Source of the DNA: a virus
Lineage: Duplodnaviria > Heunggongvirae > Uroviricota > Caudoviricetes
IMG/VR virus record: IMGVR_UViG_2529292909_000014
Reading direction: 5' to 3' (one strand)
DNA length: 6,866 nt
Made by a program: the position numbers and the translations under genes
Shown: positions 1 through 6,296 of the stretch, piece after piece
How the letters are laid out: each line of letters starts with the position of its first letter
Position numbering within the stretch: position 1 is the stretch's first letter
Notes under the pieces: model-generated
The model's database searches: none
The model's input: only the letters and a program-made list of their open reading frames with translations
Told to the model about the DNA's origin: nothing

Positions 1-206
1 TTATTGAAATTCAAGGGTAAAGGTTGCCGAAGCCCTCACCAGTCCCGGATTGACGGACTTCTGAGTTGACTTCAGACGAGCGGAGTAAGGCAAAATATTG
101 TTCTGTTCTGGTACCAGTGGGATCCACTGCATCCCGGCATGAAGATCATTCAGTTTCACCGGACGCATATTTGCGTCCAATATTTCTATTATAGCGCGGC
201 GATTTT

Positions 207-273
207 TTTGATACCGATTTGCATTTCATTTGATACCGCTGAAAAACGCCGATACGCAACTTATTTGATACTA
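207..273. repeat. Three direct copies of TTTGATAC (starting 207, 229, 264) plus a degenerate CCGATAC (249), downstream of the mom-like gene
   Basis: Read directly: tttgataccgatttg / tttgataccgctg / ccgatacgc / tttgatactaaatcggcg. Function unknown. Confidence 0.35.
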
Positions 274-317
274 AATCGGCGCTTTTCTTTTGAGTTTTAG
301 AATGAGTTTTTAAGCGT

Positions 318-1055
318 TCATTCACTCTCTTTCAAACCAGTTTTAACTGTTTGTGGTTTTGGGTAAGGCTGGACTTTGAATAGCTTTGTGTTAAGGCGTT
401 TTCTGGCTCTCTTGTCCAGAAACCGGATGTAACGAAACTGACGGAATTTATGAACACTGGCTCTGTCGATATTAGCCCGCAGATGTTCACCTCGCTGTCC
501 TCCTCGTTTGATTGCATTCTTGCAAATCTCGTGATACCACTCGCCATCAAGTTCATAGAATGTTGTTTCATGACTGCCTACATAATCAAAATTGCTTGCC
601 TGGTACACGACACCAAGACAGCCACAACGCTCATCTGCAAACGACTGAACCCACTGCACCTGCGGATAAAGTTGTCTGATTAGTTTGAGCGCGTAACTGA
701 TTGCCCTTGATTCGGAGTTTCTCGGCATACAGTCATGCAGCCATAACCGGTTAAGCTCCATATATTCGCGGTTCTGCGTGCCAGTTACGACGCGTGCACC
801 ATTGTTTGGATTAAGGGCATAACCCCATTGCATTACGCCAACCAGCTCCCGTTCTGAAAATATGCCCAGATGAAGGTAGGAATTATTTACGAAACGATGG
901 CTGTAATGTTTATTGACGACGACCAGCCGGGCCAGCCAGCAACTTATTGTCTCAACCCGTAACTCACGGGAGCCATAACCGACGATATTGTCGTTATAGT
1001 GAATAAGTTCAGGCGTGCTGATGATACGGGATGTAACTTGCTTTCTGTTCCCCAC
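318..1055 (-). CDS. mom: Mom-like DNA modification (anti-restriction) protein, about 245 aa; proposed GTG start at 1055
   Basis: Long minus-strand ORF immediately downstream of and overlapping the com homologue, as in phage Mu. The track ORF starts at ATG 1250 but would overlap com entirely; there is no in-frame ATG after com. GTG at 1055-1053 is preceded by AAGGA about 9 nt upstream and gives a Mu-Mom-like size. Identity rests on com linkage and size, not on aligned Mom sequence. Confidence 0.6.
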   Translation of the reverse strand: MGNRKQVTSRIISTPELIHYNDNIVGYGSRELRVETISCWLARLVVVNKHYSHRFVNNSYLHLGIFSERELVGVMQWGYALNPNNGARVVTGTQNREYMELNRLWLHDCMPRNSESRAISYALKLIRQLYPQVQWVQSFADERCGCLGVVYQASNFDYVGSHETTFYELDGEWYHEICKNAIKRGGQRGEHLRANIDRASVHKFRQFRYIRFLDKRARKRLNTKLFKVQPYPKPQTVKTGLKESE

Positions 1056-1209
1056 GACAGGATTTCCTTGTGTATGTGGGGTGCTCTGTGGCGCTCTGAG
1101 ATGTGATTTGATTGAGGGTTTTACAGCGCGGACATTTAACTTCCAGATAACTGAAGCTGGCTCGTGCCAGTAGCTTGTTACAATGTCGGCACCGTATGTT
1201 TCGATACAT
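1009..1209 (-). CDS. com: Com-like zinc-finger translational activator of mom, 66 aa
   Basis: [14 protein letters not shown]...EVKCPRCK...EHPT matches the phage Mu Com pattern (IRCKNCNKLL...IRCPRCK...EHPT) as recalled. Strong SD AGGAGG about 8 nt upstream of ATG 1209. The 81-aa track ORF from 1254 is an in-frame upstream extension without an RBS. Confidence 0.85.
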   Translation of the reverse strand: MYRNIRCRHCNKLLARASFSYLEVKCPRCKTLNQITSQSATEHPTYTRKSCRGEQKASYIPYHQHA

Positions 1210-1252
1210 GGCCGCATAACCTCCTGCTTTGTTGTTGATATCTTTATCACTC

Positions 1253-1277
1253 AATCGATCGACAAAAACGATCGATT
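1253..1277. promoter_or_regulatory. Perfect 9-bp inverted repeat AATCGATCG-N7-CGATCGATT with two Dam (GATC) sites, 44 bp upstream of com; third GATC (TGATCA) at 1339-1342
   Basis: Palindrome read directly. In Mu, mom transcription depends on Dam methylation of upstream GATC sites (established knowledge), so a methylation-sensitive operator is a reasonable inference. Confidence 0.45.
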
Positions 1278-1465
1278 TGATTTATTTAATTGATACAACA
1301 AATAACACGAAATGTCATTAGCGAAAATTTATGAGTTTGATCACTAATTTTAAACGGTGCTGTAACGCATAAGTGCTGAATGATTGTACATTTGAATACC
1401 GCAAAGCAAACAAATCAACTAATTTATAGAAGTCAATTGGTTAATTGCCAGCGTAAGAGGCTGCT

Positions 1466-1759
1466 ATGGACAATCATGTAACGACGAGAAATCGAAAAAT
1501 GATTGAAAATGCGGAAATCTATAATGATTATTTTTCCGATTATTCAGATGCCTGCAAATACAGTTCGAGTGCGGGAGAGTTCATATGCTTCAACTTTTTT
1601 ATTAAATCTTATGTTTTTCCTCCACAGCAAGAAGATGGAGGTGTGCCACCTCCTGAAATCACTTTGCACCGTATAGCCTCCGTCTCAATGATGGAGCAAC
1701 AGGCTAATGAGCTGTATAGCATTCTGGGAACGATTCTACAAAAGCGTGAATCGGACTAA
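1466..1759 (+). CDS. Hypothetical protein, 97 aa, divergent from com-mom
   Basis: ORF with SD AAGAGG 6 nt upstream of the ATG; no recognisable motif. Confidence 0.5.
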   Translation: MDNHVTTRNRKMIENAEIYNDYFSDYSDACKYSSSAGEFICFNFFIKSYVFPPQQEDGGVPPPEITLHRIASVSMMEQQANELYSILGTILQKRESD

Positions 1760-1893
1760 TGATACCGGTTCATTTGCCTGCCCGGATGGGGAAGCAGGAT
1801 TGACTGCTCCATAAGCAGCTATATTTCTGAATACGAAATACTATCCAGCGATTACATATGGCTGGATAGCGGCAAAGATGTTTTCATTAGTGT

Positions 1894-1921
1894 CAAACCG
1901 GCAGAGGACACCACCGGTTTG
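1894..1921. terminator. Stem-loop CAAACCGG-N12-CCGGTTTG 5 nt after the stop of the 84-aa gene; a second hairpin CTATCCAGC-N11-GCTGGATAG lies at 1841-1869
   Basis: Inverted repeats read directly; no clean U-tract on either strand, so terminator function is uncertain. Confidence 0.3.
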
Positions 1922-1926
1922 TATTG

Positions 1927-2181
1927 TTACATCATGGTACTGTCAGTTCCGGGCTGAGCCGGGTCTGGTTGCTCTGGCTGCGCGTCGGTTTTCGGCTCAT
2001 TATCAGCATCACTGGCCGCAACTGCTGGCCCAATAAGTTTTGCCAGCACTTCATCAACGTAAGTGTCGATTTGTGCCTCAAAATCCTTGCGGACCTGCGC
2101 TTTCAGCAACTTATTTACTTCACCGGAATACAGTGCCTGTTTTACCAGGTCTTCAGTGACGGTGCCTTTAATTTCTGGCAT
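1927..2181 (-). CDS. Hypothetical small acidic protein, 84 aa
   Basis: Strong SD AAGGAGGA 6-7 nt upstream of the ATG; helical N-terminal half, acidic and Pro-rich tail. Confidence 0.65.
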   Translation of the reverse strand: MPEIKGTVTEDLVKQALYSGEVNKLLKAQVRKDFEAQIDTYVDEVLAKLIGPAVAASDADNEPKTDAQPEQPDPAQPGTDSTMM

Positions 2182-2216
2182 GTATATCCTCCTTATGCGG
2201 GAATAAAGCCCTGCAA

Positions 2217-2420
2217 TCAGGGCTGGGTCGGGTCTTTTGGGAGCGGAGTTACCTGCGCTGTTTTACTGAGTTTTTCAGCTGCTGCGTCCTCAATTTTGCG
2301 GCGAACATAATTTCTGATGGCCTTATAACCACCACTCACCAGATATAACGCACATACTGCCGTGCAGAAATACAATAAATAAGCTGTAAAAATGTCATTA
2401 TCCCTCCCAATTATTGACAT
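2217..2420 (-). CDS. Hypothetical small single-pass membrane protein, 67 aa as written; start uncertain
   Basis: Hydrophobic stretch FTAYLLYFCTAVCALYLV followed by basic residues; sits 35 nt upstream of the 84-aa gene. ATG 2420 has no good SD, whereas ATG 2398 has SD GGGAGGG but is one base out of frame (see findings). Confidence 0.4.
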   Translation of the reverse strand: MSIIGRDNDIFTAYLLYFCTAVCALYLVSGGYKAIRNYVRRKIEDAAAEKLSKTAQVTPLPKDPTQP

Positions 2421-2494
2421 GGTGTTGACACCGGTAATATCTGTTAGGTAAAAAGGTGCACTGCATTTTTTGCTTTGGATATAACGATCTTTTT

Positions 2495-2535
2495 GCCGCC
2501 GGTTTCTTGTTTTCCCTTACCGGCGGCATTTTTTT
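2495..2535 (+). terminator. Rho-independent terminator, plus orientation: GCCGCCGGT-N15-ACCGGCGGC followed by T7
   Basis: 9-bp GC-rich stem followed by ATTTTTTT on the plus strand; on the minus strand the stem is followed by AAAAAG, so it is unidirectional and opposite to the flanking genes. Confidence 0.6.
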
Positions 2536-2542
2536 ATCCTGC

Positions 2543-4597
2543 TTACGCGTTATTCACTTCCACCACGATACTGTCAATCAGTACCGGGTAAGTCGCATTT
2601 TTAGTGATATCGGTCACGCGCAACTTGTCTGCCGTAAACGTGCCGACCGGAGACTGCGACAGCATGAATGGTGTCCCGTCCTTACCATCAATGACCGGCG
2701 TCACCTCAATACTGTTGTTACCGGCAAAACGGAAGCCCAGCGTATGCCATTCGTTATTAAATGCGCCGAATGACCCCAGCTTCGTGTTCTGCGCCGTGTT
2801 TCCTTTGTGATACATCACGTTAAGGTCTGTGGCATCGCTCTGTACGTAGAACGATGCCAGCAGGTTATGACCGGCATTTCCTTCCAGAGTAACCCCTTGC
2901 GGCAGGGCAGAAACCGGCCAGTACAGCGCCAGTGCGTACTGATTAGCCGTAAGCGCGCCATCGAGTTTAAAACGACAACTGACAAGACCACCTTTACCCA
3001 GCAGGTCCGCACCATTACCAGCATCATGCTCAAGGTACCAGGGGGCTCTTCCTGTTTCCTTGGTCAGTTTCATTGCCTTACCCCCGCTGGCTCCGGCATC
3101 ATCCACGATTTGAGCCTTGCCACCTCCGGCAGCCCAACCCTGTGGTGTCAACCGTCCTTCAGACTCAGATGCCCGGTAAGCAAATAGCGTACTCATCGTC
3201 GTGGTGTCTGCGGGTGGCGTGGACGGTTTTGATGGTGTATCAGGTGACGGCTTCTCATCCGGTGGTGTCACGGTCTGCCCGCGCATCAGTTCAGCCGTGC
3301 GCCCTGCATGGAGCATAATAGCTGAGGCCAGACGGTCTGAAATGACGCCCCTGCGTGCCCATGAGCTGAAATGGCTGTCACGCTGTGTCGAAACAAAACT
3401 GCCCTGGGTTCGGGATGCTGCACCGTAATACCCGACAGCCACAATATCCGGGTCTTCCGCCGGAGCATTCGTTGGCGTGCTCTGTCCATTCTCATCCGTC
3501 AGGAACGGTACAAAGAAAATTTTCTGTGCTTCCTTGCCTTTGTAGCCACCGTATACTGCCTCATATTTATCGGTGCCAGCGTTTTTCCAGTAATACGTGG
3601 TATCACCGCAAATCCACGGCACCGTGGTGGCATTTCCACTCACGCACTGCGCAGCAAGCGGAGCCAGGTCAGTTCTGAACTGCTGAACCATGGCCGTGAA
3701 TAAACTATTATGCTGCTGGCTTCCTGAGGCAAGGTCTGCCTCTCCCTGCATCCAGACCACAGCCAGAAGTTTGTTTTCGGGTTTTTCGCCAGCGCGACTT
3801 TGGTGCGGCTTACCAGGTCCTGATACAGAGGTTTACCGGCCCCCCAGCGTGAAGAATCAGCGGAAGCACCGCTGGCCTCACTGAATGAGCCGTCGGCTCC
3901 AGTGGTGAATGCTGACCCGCCACGACAACAGGGCACCAGAAGTATCCCGGCATTCTGTGGGATATAGGGAAGCAGTTTTTTGGCAATATGCAACCCCTGA
4001 CCGACAGTTCCCGTACTGGCCTTTTGCCAGATCAGCTTTCGGGTGGTTTATCCCGCTCATATCCTGAACATCATGCAGGCAGTGGTCTGCCGGAATGATG
4101 TCGTTGTATGTACACGACGTACCGTTGGGCGTTACCGTACTGCGGCGTGCCAGTTGCTTAATGCGTGGGTCCGGGCGGTCAAACGAATCCGGTAACGGCA
4201 GCCCCTCGCCGTAGGCCATGCCATTTGACTGACCCGCGAGAATGACAACAAAGTAATATTCCGGCTCTGAACTGCTGCCATTCGTGCTACCGGAAGGCCC
4301 GGCGTTATCCGGTGCATTCCAGTCGGAGGGCGTGAGCGTTCCGGCCACGTCAGATGTGATTGGAATGATGCCAGTCACGCCTGAACTGGTGATTTCTGCA
4401 CTGGGATTACCGGATACCGGCATTACCCATAATGGCTCTTTCGTGCTGAAGCGGATCACGCAGTCTGCGAAGGTGATCCCCCCTTTATTACCCGAAGGGC
4501 GGAAAGGGCTTTCAATAAATGCCACCGTGCCACCGGCAACCTTGACTGAAAACTCTCCGGGCATGGCGGAGAGCATTTTCCACTTGGAGTCTGACAT
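2543..4597 (-). pseudogene. NanS-like sialate O-acetylesterase (SGNH/SASA family) with N- and C-terminal extensions; reading frame broken twice
   Basis: Track ORFs 3878..4597, 3640..3993 and 2543..3760 join into one protein carrying NanS-type motifs (ILAGQSNGMAYGEGLPLPD, VPCCRGGSAFT, VVWMQGEADL, GDTTYYWK, NAPAEDPD, SHFSSWARRGVISDR). Frame breaks: a 1-bp insertion near 4008-4012 and a 1-bp deletion in the T-run 3774-3777. Confidence 0.8.
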
Positions 4598-4672
4598 CGT
4601 CTTTTCTGCCTGTTTCTGAATTAAACAGAGTCAGAATAGCGACCGCTGAAAAATATGTGTTTTGCGGAAATT

Positions 4673-4702
4673 CAAAAAAGCGTCACGGTACTTTTGGTGA
4701 CG
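4673..4702 (-). terminator. Possible terminator at the end of the invertase gene: CGTCAC-N10-GTGACG followed by CTTTTTTG
   Basis: 6-bp stem overlapping the invertase stop codon, followed by a U6 tract on the minus strand; the stem is short. Confidence 0.35.
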
Positions 4703-5253
4703 GAGCTGGTGAGGCAGGAAAATAACGATAAAGGGTGGAAAGGCCAATATCAAATATCAGTGCGATTTGTTTACGGGACTCGCCATTAGCCAGCAAACGG
4801 GCGATTTGCTCCCGCTCTTTCTCTGTCAGTTTCTGAGGTCTGCCGCCATGACGCCCTGAGCACGGGCAGCAGCAAGACCCGCGCGTGTACGTTCAATAAT
4901 GAGTTCCCGCTCCATTTCCGCCAGCGCGCCCATTATATGGAAAAAGAAACGTCCCATGGGAGTGGATGTATCAATATTGTCCGTAATGCTGCGGAAGTTA
5001 ACGCCGCGTTGCCGGAGTTCTTCTGTTAAAAGGACAAGGTGCTGCATACTGCGTCCAAGGCGATCCAGTTTCCAGACCAGCAGGGTATCCCCTGGCCGGA
5101 GTCGCTTTAATGCGCGTTTAAGTCCGGGACGCTCCCTTGTCTTACCGCTTATTCTGTCTTCGAAAACAGCTCACATCCTGCACATTCCAGCGCATTTCTT
5201 TGTAGCGCCGTATTCTGGTCATTTGTTGACACCCTGATATACCCAATCAGCAT
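4683..5253 (-). pseudogene. Hin/Gin/Pin/Cin-family serine DNA invertase, disrupted by two 1-bp deletions
   Basis: Three frames read MLIGYIRVSTNDQNTALQRNALECAGCE / FEDRISGKTRERPGLKRALKRLRPGDTLLVWKLDRLGRSMQHL...FFFHIMGALAEMERELIIERTRAGLAAARAQG / GRHGGRPQKLTEKEREQIARLLANG..., together a full-length invertase. Deletions lie near 5161-5170 and 4850-4860. SD AAGGA upstream of ATG 5253. Confidence 0.85.
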
Positions 5254-5318
5254 ACGATTTCCTTATTATAAAAAGCCGGAATTGTCGCATGAGGAATAAA
5301 ACAGAGTTAATCCTGGCT

Positions 5319-5344
5319 TTCCTGAAAACCTCGGTTTACGGGAA
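5319..5344. other. Invertase crossover site, left: TTCCTGAAAACC-TC-GGTTTACGGGAA
   Basis: 26-bp imperfect palindrome; the left half differs from the hixL half-site TTCTTGAAAACC at one position and the whole site resembles gix. It lies 66 bp upstream of the invertase start. Confidence 0.7.
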
Positions 5345-5400
5345 ACGGTAAACAGGGCGGCGAATGCTCTGCCATCGGACGGCACCGCCGTTGCCGCGAA
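5333..5400. repeat. Inverted repeat, left arm (68 bp, one mismatch to the right arm)
   Basis: The reverse complement of 6580..6647 matches 5333..5400 except position 5368; patchy similarity continues inward to about 5451. Confidence 0.85.
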
Positions 5401-5692
5401 TAGACTCGCCACCCCAAGAAATATTAATGGGGTTCCCTTTGACGGGACGAAGGACATAAACATCACTTCTGGTATAACACAGCAGGATGCGGATTCCCGA
5501 TATATCCAGGATATCAGGCTGGGAGCAGAGAACAGGCAGGTAATGTACGGTGGGGCATATTACTCTGCGTACGGTAATGTTATGGCAGGCCTGCAGATTG
5601 ACAGTAAAGTTGATGCTTCAAACGATTTTATAGCATTCAGACCCCTGCAAAAATTAGTCGGAGGTACATGGATTACGGTATCTCAGTTATAA
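5342..5692 (+). CDS. Silent alternative tail-fibre C-terminal cassette (no start codon; expressible only after inversion fuses it to the constant part)
   Basis: Plus-strand frame is open from the crossover site to TAA 5690-5692 and encodes ...[40 protein letters not shown]...; no ATG or RBS at its 5' end; followed 51 bp later by tfa. Confidence 0.65.
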   Translation, partial: ETVNRAANALPSDGTAVAANRLATPRNINGVPFDGTKDINITSGITQQDADSRYIQDIRLGAENRQVMYGGAYYSAYGNVMAGLQIDSKVDASNDFIAFRPLQKLVGGTWITVSQL

Positions 5693-5743
5693 ATAGTCAG
5701 TAAATAATATATTTTAAAACAGATTTATTTCCAGGAGGATTTT

Positions 5744-6265
5744 ATGGAACTAAAAAATATAACCCGTTATTATCCTGAAAATATGCCATATGGTAATAAT
5801 GTTCAGTATTTCCAGAGTGAAGATGGTAAGGATTTCTACGAATCCCTGCCATTATTCACCAAAAAATATAAACTTTGCATAACACCTGACAGCGGCGTTA
5901 TCTGCTCAATATCACAGGACGCCTCGGCGCTGTATCCTGCGGGGTTTTCTGTGGTTGAGGTCGATGAACTCCCTGAAGGCACGGATATTTCAGGAAACTG
6001 GAAGTTTGATAATGGCATAATCTCCCGTATTCCGGTTAACTACGCAAGAAAACTGGAAGCAATGCGCCAGTCATATCTTAATCAGGCATATGAAAAAATT
6101 AATGACTGGAGAACGGAGCTACAACTGGGCACCATCAGCGATGAAGACAGAGCAGCACTTACCCAATGGATGGCATACATCAGTCAGGTGAAGAAAATGG
6201 AACTACCCGCCATTAAAACAGAAGCTGAATTTAACGCCATTAAATGGCCTGAGCAGCCACAGTAA
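5744..6265 (+). CDS. Tail-fibre assembly protein (Tfa/U family), 173 aa
   Basis: SD CAGGAGGA 6 nt upstream of the ATG; C-terminal ...DWRTELQLGTISDEDRAALTQWMAYISQV...IKWPEQP fits the conserved Tfa C-terminal pattern. Confidence 0.85.
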   Translation: MELKNITRYYPENMPYGNNVQYFQSEDGKDFYESLPLFTKKYKLCITPDSGVICSISQDASALYPAGFSVVEVDELPEGTDISGNWKFDNGIISRIPVNYARKLEAMRQSYLNQAYEKINDWRTELQLGTISDEDRAALTQWMAYISQVKKMELPAIKTEAEFNAIKWPEQPQ

Positions 6266-6268
6266 TAA

Positions 6269-6288
6269 AGAAGGCCGGAAGGCCTTCT
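6269..6288. terminator. Hairpin AGAAGGCC-GGAA-GGCCTTCT between the convergent tfa and tail-fibre genes
   Basis: 8-bp stem with a tetraloop; minus-strand downstream sequence is U-rich (UUAUUACU); no clean U-tract on the plus strand. Confidence 0.45.
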
Positions 6289-6296
6289 GAATATCA

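Noticed and set aside
1-225. Minus-strand open frame ending with a stop at 1-3 (55 aa from ATG 166-168)
   Set aside because: No convincing RBS and no recognisable motif; it was too short for the ORF track. It may be a real small gene but cannot be supported from this window.
332-683. ORFs 332..571 (-) and 450..683 (+) inside mom
   Set aside because: They are embedded in the mom-like reading frame on alternative frames or strand, with no independent support.
318-1250. 310-aa track ORF as the mom-like protein starting at ATG 1250 (or ATG 1217)
   Set aside because: The first ~65 codons overlap com out of frame and no RBS precedes those ATGs; the GTG at 1055 with an AAGGA RBS gives a Mu-Mom-like length.
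1009-1254. 81-aa version of com starting at ATG 1254
   Set aside because: The strong AGGAGG RBS serves ATG 1209; the 15-codon extension has no RBS and is absent from the Mu Com pattern.
1924-2310. 128-aa plus-strand ORF
   Set aside because: It is antisense to the well-initiated 84-aa minus-strand gene and has no RBS.
2604-4619. Plus-strand ORFs (2604..2810, 2807..3187, 3073..3318, 3201..3428, 3371..3703, 3385..3678, 3690..3884, 4284..4619) and minus ORFs 2815..3033, 3286..3495, 4132..4317
   Set aside because: All lie inside the NanS-like gene on the wrong strand or frame, with no RBS and low-complexity translations.
4899-5237. 112-aa plus-strand ORF
   Set aside because: It is antisense to the invertase pseudogene, which has clear family identity. 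The same applies to 5836..6018 (-) inside tfa and 2456..2773 (+) across the terminator and esterase 3' end.
5265-5270. Perfect TATAAT (minus strand) as the invertase -10
   Set aside because: It is only ~14 nt from the start codon and overlaps the SD, leaving no leader. The real promoter probably overlaps the crossover site, as in gin and cin, but could not be pinned down.
5266-5466. 66-aa minus-strand ORF
   Set aside because: It is the opposite-strand reading of the left inverted-repeat copy of tail-fibre sequence and overlaps the crossover site and invertase promoter region.
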